This document shows positions 37,499 to 46,658 of a DNA stretch of 64,000 nt, piece after piece. Origin of the DNA: Myxococcota bacterium (lineage in GTDB: Bacteria; Myxococcota_A; UBA9160; UBA4427); NCBI GenBank assembly GCA_965250285.1, contig OZ252299.1, positions 3,008,001-3,072,000 of the forward strand. The letters run 5' to 3'. Both the position numbers and the translations under genes were made by a program. The first letter of the stretch is position 1, and every line of letters begins with the position of its first letter. The notes under the pieces are model-generated. The model saw only the letters and a program-made list of their open reading frames with translations, was not told the origin of the DNA and did no database searches.

Positions 37499-37987
37499 CT
37501 AGTCGGCCTGAGCCGTTCGCACCCGCAGCTCGACCAGCATGTCCCCCCACCAGGTGCCGTAGAGGGCGACGAGCGCCGTACCCTCGAGCCCGTGTCGTGC
37601 GGGATGATCGCGGCGCAGGGCATCGAGACCGCGATGCTCGAGCGTGACCCGGGTGCCCTCGGTCACCGGCTCGAAGTGCACGGCGACCTCGGTCTCTTCG
37701 TCGGGCGCGAAGTTCGTGCCCCGAAACCGAAAGACGAGGCGCCCCTCGGCGGGCGCCCACTCGACGACCTTGCCGATCTCGCGCACGTCTCCGTTCGATG
37801 CCTCGGCGATCAGTCGACCGCTCGGACCCGGCTCGAAGCGCATCACGTCGTCTCCGGGCGCGCGGTAGCGCACGCCGCGCTTCCACCAGGCGTCGACGTC
37901 TTCCGTGAAGATCTCGAAGGCCATGTCGGGCTCGACGGCGACCACCGTCGAAACGACGACTGTCTCGGCGCCGCGTACGGCGTTCAT
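37499..37987 (-). CDS. SRPBCC/AHSA1-like protein
   Basis: AFEIFT....AWW, FEPGPSGRL.E, TEV.V.F.P...GTRVTLEHRG. Confidence 0.88.
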   Translation of the reverse strand: MNAVRGAETVVVSTVVAVEPDMAFEIFTEDVDAWWKRGVRYRAPGDDVMRFEPGPSGRLIAEASNGDVREIGKVVEWAPAEGRLVFRFRGTNFAPDEETEVAVHFEPVTEGTRVTLEHRGLDALRRDHPARHGLEGTALVALYGTWWGDMLVELRVRTAQAD

Positions 37988-38343
37988 TCGACCGGATCCT
38001 TCGCCGGGCGTCTCGACCGAGACTCGGCGTGCACGCGGAACGCATCGAGCTGATCGGTCCAGAAGGCCTCGACCTCGTCGATCCAATCGTGGAGCGCTTC
38101 GAACGGCTCACGCCGCAGGCGGTACACACGGCCGCGCGCATCCTCCGGCGAAGGCGCCTCGTCGACGAGACCGTTCTCGCGGAGCACGCGGAGATGCCGG
38201 CTCATGGCGGGTCGACTCGTGTCGAGCCGCGACGACAGTTCACCGGCGCGCCGCGGCTCGGTGCGCAGCAGCTCGATGACGCCGCGCCGGGTCGGATCGG
38301 CCAGGGCCTGGAACGTGGCGTCGAGGTCGACGGCCGCGCTCAC
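37984..38343 (-). CDS. ArsR/SmtB-family transcriptional regulator
   Basis: FQALADPTRR, SRPAMSRHLRVLR..GLV, FW..QLDAF. Confidence 0.92.
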   Translation of the reverse strand: MSAAVDLDATFQALADPTRRGVIELLRTEPRRAGELSSRLDTSRPAMSRHLRVLRENGLVDEAPSPEDARGRVYRLRREPFEALHDWIDEVEAFWTDQLDAFRVHAESRSRRPAKDPVE

Positions 38344-38732
38344 GCGTCCGCCTCCGAGATAGGGCTGGCGAACATCCACCGATGCCCCTCCGGATCGACG
38401 GCGCGGTACATGCGGGTGCCGTGTTCTTCCATGGGTTCGGCGACGATCGTTGCACCGGCTTCGCGTGCGCGCGCGAAGTGCCCGTCGACGTCTTCGATCT
38501 GCACGTAGACCTGGCTGTGAACGGCGTCGAGTGATCGCGGCGTCGAGAAGCCCATCTCTTCGTACGCCGAGGCCAGATAGAGCGTGCCGCCGGCGAGGCT
38601 GAGCTCGGCGTGCCCGACCCGACCGTCGGGCATCGGGTACCGCGACTGCTCTTCGAAGCCGAAAGCGCGCTCGAGAAAGTCGATGGCCGCCGGAGCGTCC
38701 TGGTACGCCAGGTAGGGGATGAAGCGCTGCAT
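38340..38732 (-). CDS. VOC/glyoxalase (PhnB-like) protein
   Basis: PYLAYQDA.AAIDFL.RAFGF, HAEL, DPEGHRW.F. Confidence 0.9.
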   Translation of the reverse strand: MQRFIPYLAYQDAPAAIDFLERAFGFEEQSRYPMPDGRVGHAELSLAGGTLYLASAYEEMGFSTPRSLDAVHSQVYVQIEDVDGHFARAREAGATIVAEPMEEHGTRMYRAVDPEGHRWMFASPISEADA

Positions 38733-38736
38733 CGAT

Positions 38737-39105
38737 TCAGACCTCCTTCTTCTTCCGCGGATCATCTGCTTTGGAGTGCTCGGTGGCACCCGGTGTGAGA
38801 TAGAGCTCCGCGAGGGTCTTGCGTACGTGATGACGGTGCCAGCGGCCGCGCGGGACGACGAAGAGCGAGCCCGCCTCGACGGTCGTGGTCACCTGTCCGT
38901 CGTCGAACATCACGATCAGGTCGACCTCGCCCTCGAGCACGAAGAGCAGCTCGTCGTCATCGGGATGCCGCTCCCAGGGCGACACTCCTTCCCCGCATTG
39001 GAACACGCCGATGTGGCCCTGGTTGAACGCCTCGAGCTGGCGGAACTCCATCGGCGGCAGCGTCGAAACGATCGCTCTCGGGTCGTGAGATGTGAGAGAC
39101 GGCAT
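38737..39105 (-). CDS. Cupin domain protein
   Basis: WERHPDDDELLFVLEGE, VVPRGRWHR; start 39105 or 39108. Confidence 0.87.
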   Translation of the reverse strand: MPSLTSHDPRAIVSTLPPMEFRQLEAFNQGHIGVFQCGEGVSPWERHPDDDELLFVLEGEVDLIVMFDDGQVTTTVEAGSLFVVPRGRWHRHHVRKTLAELYLTPGATEHSKADDPRKKKEV

Positions 39106-39581
39106 CACTTGCCCTCGCCTTCTCGCTTCGCCTGGGTGACGACGTCGAACTGCTCGAGCGACTCGTCCCAGGCGGCCTGGTCGTAGCGGAAGCCGAAGTA
39201 CCAGAGGTGCCCCTCGAGGTCTTCGCAGCCATAGGTTCGATCGCCGTAGCCCTGATCTTCGAGCTCACGCACGATGCGCGCCCCGGCGGCCTTCGCGCGT
39301 TCGTAGTGCGCGTCGATGTCGTCGACGAAGATGTAGAGGCTCGACGTGTAGTGGCCGTCGAGCTGATTCGGCGCCCGCGCCGCATCGGTCGGTCCACCGA
39401 GGCTCACGGCGCCCGATCCGTATTCGAGCTCGCAGTGCACGACATTTCCATCGCCATCCTCGATGCGGACCTTCGTCGTGAAGCCGAAGGCCTTCTCGAT
39501 CCAGGCGATGGCACCGGGCACATCGGCGTACATCAGCGTCGGGGTGATCTGGGGCTGGCCGGCAGGGGGTTGCGAGGACAT
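39105..39581 (-). CDS. VOC/glyoxalase (PhnB-like) protein
   Basis: AIAWIEKAFGF, HCEL, DIDAHYERAKAAGA, YGDR.Y...DLEGHLW.F; AAGGAG RBS. Confidence 0.9.
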   Translation of the reverse strand: MSSQPPAGQPQITPTLMYADVPGAIAWIEKAFGFTTKVRIEDGDGNVVHCELEYGSGAVSLGGPTDAARAPNQLDGHYTSSLYIFVDDIDAHYERAKAAGARIVRELEDQGYGDRTYGCEDLEGHLWYFGFRYDQAAWDESLEQFDVVTQAKREGEGK

Positions 39582-39631
39582 GCGATCTCCTTCGAAGCGC
39601 CGGGGAGACGACCGGATCGGCGCGATGTCAT

Positions 39632-39662
39632 TTAGTTAACTCGATCGTTAACCAAAAGTCAA
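39632..39662 (-). promoter_or_regulatory. Candidate ArsR operator beside a -35 box
   Basis: TTA-GTTAAC-TCGATC-GTTAAC-CAA palindrome; TTGACT on the minus strand at 39662..39657; -10 box weak. Confidence 0.55.
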
Positions 39663-39755
39663 CGCGAAAGTCGGCGCATGCTTGCTGCGCCGCAGATGCT
39701 CGATTCGATTGGAGAATGGGGCCGCTGGCGTCGGCCCGGGCGATGGGGCGCCCTG

Positions 39756-40934
39756 CTAGAAGTTCTTGGGCAGCCCCAGCCCGCGCGTCGCGATGATGTT
39801 CTTCTGGATCTCGCTCGCGCCCCCACCGATCGTGTCGACCACGGTGTAGCGGTACGACCGCTCGAACCGGCCGTCGAGGGGCGCGCCCTTCTCGCCCGGC
39901 TTCAGCTGACCGTCGTGGCCCAGGGTCTCGAGCGCACGATCGGCCACCCGCTTGCCGAGCTCGCTCTGGAACAGCTTGTACATCGCGGCTTCGACGGTCG
40001 GCACCCGCTGCTTCAGCGCTTCGCTGATCACCTTGCGCTGAAGCATGCGCGCCACCTCGAGCTCGGTGGCGTTGCGCGCGACGGTCTCGCGCACCTTCGG
40101 GTCGTCCTTGACGGGCTCGCCATCCTGCGTGGCGCTGCGAGCCCACTCGCAGTAGGCCTCGACCTTCTTCTCCATCGGGCCGATCGGCAGCATCGCGAAG
40201 CGCTCGAGGTCGAGGGCCTCGCAGATGTAGGTCCAGCCCTTGCCCACCTCGCCCACGACGTAGTCGTCGGGCACGAACACGTTCTCGAAGTAGACCTCGT
40301 TGGTGCGTTCGTCGCCGATCGTCCACGTCGGATGAATCTCGAGCCCAGCGTGGTCCATCGGGACGAGAAAGAGCGTGATGCCCTTGTGCTTGTGCTCGCC
40401 GGTGCGCGCGCCGACCCAGTACCAGTCGGCAAAATGCGCCGACGTCGTCCAGATCTTGTGGCCGTTCAGCACCCAGCCGCCGCGCTCGTCGTCGTGCACG
40501 GCCTTCAGCGCCATCGAGGCCGCATCGCTGCCGGCCTGGGGCTCGCTGTAGCCGATGGCGAACTCGATCTCGCCGCGCACGATCTGCGGCAGGAACTCGG
40601 CCTTCAACCGATCGTTGCCGTGACGAATGATCGTCTTGCCGACGATGCCGACGCCCTTGCCCGGCTGCGGGGCGCCGTAGCGAGAGAGGCCCTCGGTCAG
40701 GATGAAGTCGTAGATCCCGCTGCGCTCCTGCCCCCCGTACTCGCTCGGCCACGACATGCCGAGCCAGCCCTGCTCCGCGATCTGTCGCATGAGCGCGCGC
40801 TTCGCGGGCGTCTCGACGGTCTGCGAGAGCTGTTCGGGGTTGGCGTCCATCGTCTCGTCGCTCTGGTGGGCGGCGAGGAAGCGCTCGACCTCTTCGGCGA
40901 AGGTCTGCTCTTCGGGCAGCAGATCGAAGTCCAT
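39756..40934 (-). CDS. Acyl-CoA dehydrogenase (paralogue of 34502..35692)
   Basis: Same motifs: GYSEPQAGSD, KIWTTSAHFADWYW, LDLERF, TIGGGASEIQKNII..RGLGLPKNF. Confidence 0.95.
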   Translation of the reverse strand: MDFDLLPEEQTFAEEVERFLAAHQSDETMDANPEQLSQTVETPAKRALMRQIAEQGWLGMSWPSEYGGQERSGIYDFILTEGLSRYGAPQPGKGVGIVGKTIIRHGNDRLKAEFLPQIVRGEIEFAIGYSEPQAGSDAASMALKAVHDDERGGWVLNGHKIWTTSAHFADWYWVGARTGEHKHKGITLFLVPMDHAGLEIHPTWTIGDERTNEVYFENVFVPDDYVVGEVGKGWTYICEALDLERFAMLPIGPMEKKVEAYCEWARSATQDGEPVKDDPKVRETVARNATELEVARMLQRKVISEALKQRVPTVEAAMYKLFQSELGKRVADRALETLGHDGQLKPGEKGAPLDGRFERSYRYTVVDTIGGGASEIQKNIIATRGLGLPKNF

Positions 40935-40969
40935 GCGGGCTCCCGGGCGCCATCGGCGCGCGTTCGATT

Positions 40970-40990
40970 TTCGAGACGCAGCGTATAGTA
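40970..40990. promoter_or_regulatory. Second copy of the ACAD-upstream operator motif
   Basis: TTCGAGACG-CAG-CGTATAGTA; 15 of 18 arm positions match 35792-35812. Confidence 0.5.
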
Positions 40991-41053
40991 TCTTCGACAG
41001 CCGCCCAACCTGGACAAGCCGGGCCGGCTGCGAGCAGGGCGGAAGGAGGCTCG

Positions 41054-42301
41054 ATGCGCGTTGGCGAGATCAAGGAGCCCGAGCGCGCGCGCTGGGGCAA
41101 GCCGCTCGAGGGCGTGCGCATCCTCGCCGCCGAGCAGATGCAGGCGCTGCCCTACGCGACGCAGCTGCTCGCCCACATGGGCGCCGATGTCGTGAAGGTC
41201 GAGCATCCCGAGCACGGCGATTCGGCGCGAGGCTCGAAGCCGGCGCTCGTCGACCCCGATGGCCGCCAGGTGGGCGCGACGTACCTGCGCAACAACCTGT
41301 CGAAGCGCAGCATCGGGCTCGACCTCAAGAAGCCCGCTGGACGCGACCTCTTCCTCGAGCTCGTGCCCCACTTCGACGTCGTCGCCGAGAACTTTCGGCC
41401 GGGCGCGTTCGACCGCCTCGGGCTCGGCTACGCCGATCTCGAGCGGGTCGATCCGCGGGTGATCCTGCTCTCCGTTTCGGGCTTCGGCAACCTCAAGCCG
41501 AGCCCCTACGCGAACTGGCCAGCCTACGCCCCGATCCCCGAGGCGATGGCCGGGTTCTATGAACAAAATCGACGCGACGGGGAACACCTGCGACCCCTCG
41601 TCGCCGGGGCCCTCGGTGACATCGGTTCGGCCATGTTCGCAGCCATCGGCCTACTCGCGGCGCTTCGCCACCGCGACGCGACCGGCGCCGGGCAACACGT
41701 CGACATCGCGATGTACGACGCGATGATCGCGATGGCCGACATGGTGCCGTTCATGGCCTCGATGGGGGCCGAGCGCATCTCGCAGGGCGGCCCATGGATC
41801 ATCGAAGGCTTCGCCGCACGCGACGGCGACTTCGTCATCGAAGTGATCCGCGAGCCCCACTTGCGCGCGTTGGCCGCAGTGATCGGTCGGCCCGAATGGC
41901 TCGAAGACGCCCGCTTCGCCGACCGAGACCAGTGGAACGCGCTCATCGAACCCGAGGTACGACCTGCTGTCGAGGCCTGGGCGGCCGACAAGACGAAGCT
42001 CGAAGCCTGCGAACTGCTCTGCGCTGGCGGCGTCGCGGCGGGGCCAAGCAACCGCGCAGCCGACCTGTTGGCCGATCCGCATGTGCGTGATCACAACATG
42101 ATCGTCGAGGTCGAACGGCCCGACGGCGCACCGCCGATGCACGTCGTCGGCAACCCGATCAAGCTCTCGAAGATGGCCGAGGGCCCCGTGCGCACGTTCC
42201 CCGGGCTCGGAGAACACACCGACGAGGTGCTGAGCGAACTGCTCGGGCGCTCGCCCGACGAGCTCGACCGGCTGCGCCGCGACGGCGTCATCGGCGGATG
42301 A
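41054..42301 (+). CDS. CaiB/BaiF family III CoA-transferase
   Basis: PLEGVRIL, N.SKRSI.LDLK, DVVAENFRPG, ALGD, PGLGEHTDEVL; AAGGAGG RBS. Confidence 0.95.
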   Translation: MRVGEIKEPERARWGKPLEGVRILAAEQMQALPYATQLLAHMGADVVKVEHPEHGDSARGSKPALVDPDGRQVGATYLRNNLSKRSIGLDLKKPAGRDLFLELVPHFDVVAENFRPGAFDRLGLGYADLERVDPRVILLSVSGFGNLKPSPYANWPAYAPIPEAMAGFYEQNRRDGEHLRPLVAGALGDIGSAMFAAIGLLAALRHRDATGAGQHVDIAMYDAMIAMADMVPFMASMGAERISQGGPWIIEGFAARDGDFVIEVIREPHLRALAAVIGRPEWLEDARFADRDQWNALIEPEVRPAVEAWAADKTKLEACELLCAGGVAAGPSNRAADLLADPHVRDHNMIVEVERPDGAPPMHVVGNPIKLSKMAEGPVRTFPGLGEHTDEVLSELLGRSPDELDRLRRDGVIGG

Positions 42302-42320
42302 TGCCCTCGCGCGTGGCCCC

Positions 42321-42722
42321 CTACGCGTACGACCGGATCAGCCAGATCCACAGAGCGAGAAAGACGAGAAACGCGAGCAGCTGAGGCCAGGCGACCGCGA
42401 AGAAGCCTCGCTCCTTGATCTGACGCGCCTTCTCGACGTACGCCTCGCGCTGCTCCTCCTGCAGCTTCACCAACCAGACGTCGCCCGACGTGACGACCTC
42501 GTCGCCCTCGGCGTGCAGAAAGAGCGTCGCGCGCGAGGTCGACAGCCAGAAGATCAGATAGATGATGCCGCCGAAGAGCGGGAAGAAGACGACCACGAGC
42601 AGGAAGATCCAGAAGTTGAACGGCCGGCGGCCGTGCAGCGCGGCGCTCGTCTCGGTGGTGGTGCGCGGCTCCCAGCCGCAGTCGACCAGCTCGTCCACTC
42701 GTCGCGCGAGTCCTTCATGCAT
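42321..42722 (-). CDS. Hypothetical membrane protein
   Basis: Three hydrophobic segments; AGGAG upstream of the ATG at 42722. Confidence 0.7.
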   Translation of the reverse strand: MHEGLARRVDELVDCGWEPRTTTETSAALHGRRPFNFWIFLLVVVFFPLFGGIIYLIFWLSTSRATLFLHAEGDEVVTSGDVWLVKLQEEQREAYVEKARQIKERGFFAVAWPQLLAFLVFLALWIWLIRSYA

Positions 42723-42907
42723 GGGCTCTCTCCTCGTCGCCGCTGCGGGCGCAGTGCGGAGGTTAATCAAAACCGATCATCGGGGCGATGTGCGACCGAG
42801 CCTCGCCTCTCGATGAATCGGAACACGTTCATGCCGAATCGGCGCTCGTCACCGATCGATCAGCGCTGCGTCGTCCCGCTCGGCGACCGGGCTCCTATAC
42901 TTGGCGG

Positions 42908-44155
42908 ATGCGAATCGGAGACGTCGCCAACGCGGAGCGTGGGGCTTGGGGCAAGCCCCTCGAAGGCCTGAAGATCCTCGCTGCCGAGCAGATGCAGGCG
43001 CTCCCCTACGCCACCCAGCTACTCGCACACCTGGGCGCCGAGGTGGTGAAGATCGAACCGCCCGGGCGCGGCGACACGGGTCGCTACTCGCAGCCGTCGC
43101 TGCGCGACGACGATGGGCACACCGTGGGCGCGACCTACCTGCGCAACAACCTCAACAAGCGAAGCATCTGCCTCGACCTCAAGAGCGACGAGGGCCGCGA
43201 CCTGTTTCGGGCGCTGATCCCGCACTTCGACGTCGTCGCCGAGAACTTCACGCCCGGCGTCATGGGGCGGTTCGGGCTCGACTACGGCGCGCTCAAAGAC
43301 GATCACCCCGAGCTGATCTACGTGTCGATCTCGGGGTTCGGCCATCTGTCGAACTCGCCGTATCGCCACTGGCCCGCCTACGCGCCCGCCGTCGAGGCCA
43401 TGGCCGGCATCTACGAGCCGACCCGCAAGGAGGGGCAGCCGCCGCCGGTGGTCGTCGCGGGCGCACTCGGTGACAACGCCGCCGCGCTGTTCACGACGAT
43501 CGGCATCCTCAGCGCGTTGCAGCACCGGCACCGCACGGGGCTCGGGCAATACGTCGACGTGTCGATGTACGACTCGACGCTCGCCTTCGCCGACATGATC
43601 CCCCAGCTGCACTCGATGGGTGCGCCCCCTGGCTGGGCAACTGCGGGCTCGATCGCCATCGTCGCGGGCTTCAAGGCGCGCGATGGCTGGTTCGTGATCT
43701 CCTGCGTGCGCGAGCATCACTTCGAGCGACTCGTCGCGATGATCGGTCACCCCGAGTGGAAGGACGACCCGCGCTTCGCGACCCGTGAAGGCTGGGCGCG
43801 TGAGATCGAGCCCACGCTGCGCCCCGCCATCGAGGCCTGGGCCCACGACAAGACGAGACGCGAGGCGTGCGAAGCACTGGCCGCCGAGGGCATCGCGGCC
43901 GGCCCCAGCCAGCTCGCCGAGGACATCGCCGACGACCCACACGTCGCCATGCGCCACATGTTGATCGAGGTGCCTCGGGTCGATGGCGAGCGCGACATGC
44001 TCGTGGTCGGCAATCCGGTGAAGCTCTCGCGTGCACAGGAGGGGCCGGTCACGACGTTCCCCCGCCTCGGCGAACACACCGATGAGGTGCTGCGCGAAAC
44101 GCTCGACGTCGACGACGAACGCCTGGCCGAGCTGCGCGAGCGCGGCGTGATCTGA
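42908..44155 (+). CDS. CaiB/BaiF family III CoA-transferase (paralogue of 41054..42301)
   Basis: WGKPLEGLKILAAEQMQALPYATQLLAH, ALGD, PRLGEHTDEVL; TATACT 6 nt before the ATG. Confidence 0.95.
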   Translation: MRIGDVANAERGAWGKPLEGLKILAAEQMQALPYATQLLAHLGAEVVKIEPPGRGDTGRYSQPSLRDDDGHTVGATYLRNNLNKRSICLDLKSDEGRDLFRALIPHFDVVAENFTPGVMGRFGLDYGALKDDHPELIYVSISGFGHLSNSPYRHWPAYAPAVEAMAGIYEPTRKEGQPPPVVVAGALGDNAAALFTTIGILSALQHRHRTGLGQYVDVSMYDSTLAFADMIPQLHSMGAPPGWATAGSIAIVAGFKARDGWFVISCVREHHFERLVAMIGHPEWKDDPRFATREGWAREIEPTLRPAIEAWAHDKTRREACEALAAEGIAAGPSQLAEDIADDPHVAMRHMLIEVPRVDGERDMLVVGNPVKLSRAQEGPVTTFPRLGEHTDEVLRETLDVDDERLAELRERGVI

Positions 44156-44161
44156 CGCTGG

Positions 44162-44944
44162 CTAGAGGGTGTTGCCCGCGTACCGGTCGCGCAGCTTCTG
44201 CATCCCCTTCAGCCAGCGATCGCGATCCCCCGCCTTGCGCACGACGTACTCGGCCACCTCGGCGTGCGGCAGGATCAAGAACGACTCGGCGCGCAGCCCC
44301 TCGATCACCGCGTCGGCGAGCACGTCGGGCTCCATCATGCCGTCGACACCCGCGACCCCGCCGCCTTCGCTGCCGGCGGTCATGTTGGTGCGCACCGCCT
44401 GGGGACAGAGCACCGAGACGCCGACCCCGCGATCGCCGTATTCGATGGCGACCGACTCGGCGAAGGCCACCGCGGCCGCCTTCGTCACGCCGTAGGGGCT
44501 CGAGCCGATCTGCGCGAGCAGACCGGCGGCCGACGCAGTGTTGAGCAGCCACCCACCCCCACGCTCGATCATGCGGGGCACGAGTACGTGCGCGGCGTGC
44601 ACGTGGCTCATGACGTTGATGTCCCAGATGCGCCGCCAGTCGCCTTCGGGCAGCTCGACGTTGCCGGCGATCGCAATCCCGGCGTTCGAGCAGAACAGAT
44701 CGATCGGACCGCTGCGGTCCTCGGCTTCGTCGATCAGCGCGGTGATCTGAGCGCGGCTGGCGACGTCGACCTCGGCGGCCGCTGCGACCGGCCCGATCGC
44801 CTTCGCCGCCCCGCGCACCCGATCGCCGTCGACGTCGGCCAGACCCACCGCGCGCGCGCCTTCCGCTGCGAATCGTCTCGCCAAGGCCTCGCCGATCCCG
44901 CCGGCGGCACCGGTCACGACGACGTGCTTGCCCTCGACCTCCAT
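44162..44944 (-). CDS. SDR family oxidoreductase
   Basis: TGAAGGIG, SNAG, TASAAG, YGVTK. Confidence 0.95.
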   Translation of the reverse strand: MEVEGKHVVVTGAAGGIGEALARRFAAEGARAVGLADVDGDRVRGAAKAIGPVAAAAEVDVASRAQITALIDEAEDRSGPIDLFCSNAGIAIAGNVELPEGDWRRIWDINVMSHVHAAHVLVPRMIERGGGWLLNTASAAGLLAQIGSSPYGVTKAAAVAFAESVAIEYGDRGVGVSVLCPQAVRTNMTAGSEGGGVAGVDGMMEPDVLADAVIEGLRAESFLILPHAEVAEYVVRKAGDRDRWLKGMQKLRDRYAGNTL

Positions 44945-45076
44945 GTCGCGTCTCCTCGCGTCTCATCGGGCCGCGTCGCGACCCGTCGATGCAGACCTCT
45001 TCGTCGAGATCTGCCCTATCGTCCGCGGCCCACGCGACGCCTACCCCTCGACTCGACGCCGGGAGCCCCCTCGCGC

Positions 45077-45829
45077 ATGACCGCCGACCAACGTCCCTCT
45101 CGTCCGCTCTACCTGCACGAGACCGTCGACATCGTCGGCGATGGTGCCGTGCCATACATGGAAGAGAGCGTCGTCGGCTTCGACAGCGAGGGTATTGCGG
45201 ATCGTGGCCTCACGCTCTGGGGCACGTTCTACGTGCAGGGCTCGACGGGTCGCTGGCCTCAGGTGGTGAACGTCTGGGAGCTGGTCGACGGCTGGGCCGG
45301 ATGGGAGCGGCTCTGCGAGGCGACCAACCTGAAGCGCGAGGCGAATGCCGAGCTCTCCGATTGGTGGAAGAAGGCGTATGAGCGGCGCAGCGGCGGCTTC
45401 GACCGACTGCTCGGCGCTCTGCCGGGCACGCTCTCGCTCGAGCAGATTCGGGCTGAGCAGGTCAAGGGAGAGCTCTTCGTCCACGAGCTCACCGAGGTGA
45501 AGCCGGGGGCCGGCCCCGAGTACATTCACGAGCTGACGCGTCGCTGGGCCCCCGTTCGCGCCGACTACGGGCATCGCCTCGTCGGCGCCTTCGAGACCCT
45601 GATGTGCGACACCGAAGTCTGCACGATCTGGGCGACGACGCTGCGCGATCACATCGACCTCGGCCGCGCCATGGACGACGCGCGCGGCTTCGGCACCGCC
45701 GACCATCCCGACGAGGGCCTGGTGTCGTGGGTGCGCTACCGACGCAACTGGATCACTCGCTTTCGCGAAGAGCTGCTGATCCCCTGCCCCGGCACGCCGA
45801 TGGGCCCCGACGCCTGGCGCCGCACGTGA
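45077..45829 (+). CDS. NIPSNAP-like two-domain protein
   Basis: Two repeats LYLHETVDI / LFVHELTEVKPG; GSTGRWPQVVNVWE; RSGGFDRLL. Confidence 0.7.
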   Translation: MTADQRPSRPLYLHETVDIVGDGAVPYMEESVVGFDSEGIADRGLTLWGTFYVQGSTGRWPQVVNVWELVDGWAGWERLCEATNLKREANAELSDWWKKAYERRSGGFDRLLGALPGTLSLEQIRAEQVKGELFVHELTEVKPGAGPEYIHELTRRWAPVRADYGHRLVGAFETLMCDTEVCTIWATTLRDHIDLGRAMDDARGFGTADHPDEGLVSWVRYRRNWITRFREELLIPCPGTPMGPDAWRRT

Positions 45830-45839
45830 GGCGCCTCGC

Positions 45840-46631
45840 ATGAACGACGCACGCGCCTTCGAAGGATCGGCGGTCACCGTCTTCGGTGCGGCGAGCGAAA
45901 TGGGCCTCGCAGTGGCGCGCGCGTTCGGCGAAGCCGGCGCCCGGGTCTGGATGGGCGACGTCGATGAGCCGCGCCTCGAGGCGCACGCCGACACCCTCCG
46001 CGGCGAGGGTCTCGCCGTCGAGCGCCAGCGCGTCGACGTGACCGACGCGCGCCAGGTCGACGCGCTCGTCGAGGCGGCCGATGCCGCCGGCGACGGCCTC
46101 GCAGCGAGCATCCACCTCGCGGGTGTCATCAGTGATGTCGACCTGCTCGACCTCGCCGAAGCCGAACTCGACCGCGTGTTGTCGGTCAACCTGAAGGGGA
46201 TCGTGTTCGCCTGCCAATCGTCGGGCCGGCGCATGGCCGCGCGGGGACGCGGCTCGGTCGTCAACATGGCCTCGATGGGCGCGTTCGCGGCGATCCCGAA
46301 GCTCGCCGCCTACTCGATGTCGAAGGCCGCGGTCGTCGCGCTCACGCGCACCCTCGCCGTCGAGCTGGCACCGAGCGGGGTGCGGGTCAACGCCATCGCA
46401 CCCGGCTACGTCGAGGGCGGCATGACCCAGCGCCACCTACGCGACGACGCCGGGCGCGTCGACGAAGCGAGGCTCGACGACGCCCGATCGAAGGCTCGGC
46501 GCCGCAATCCACTCGGGCTGCTGGGACAGCCCGAAGACGTGGCCGCCGCCTGCTTCTATCTCTCGACGGAAGCCTCGCGCTACGTGACTGGCCAGGTGCT
46601 CCACCTGAACGGCGGCGCCTTCATGCCCTAG
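45840..46631 (+). CDS. SDR family oxidoreductase (FabG-like)
   Basis: FGAASEMG (divergent Gly motif), VN.ASM, YSMSK, RVNAIAPG, YVTGQ.L..NGG. Confidence 0.92.
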   Translation: MNDARAFEGSAVTVFGAASEMGLAVARAFGEAGARVWMGDVDEPRLEAHADTLRGEGLAVERQRVDVTDARQVDALVEAADAAGDGLAASIHLAGVISDVDLLDLAEAELDRVLSVNLKGIVFACQSSGRRMAARGRGSVVNMASMGAFAAIPKLAAYSMSKAAVVALTRTLAVELAPSGVRVNAIAPGYVEGGMTQRHLRDDAGRVDEARLDDARSKARRRNPLGLLGQPEDVAAACFYLSTEASRYVTGQVLHLNGGAFMP

Positions 46632-46658
46632 CGCGCCCGAGCGCGATAGGATCTCGGC

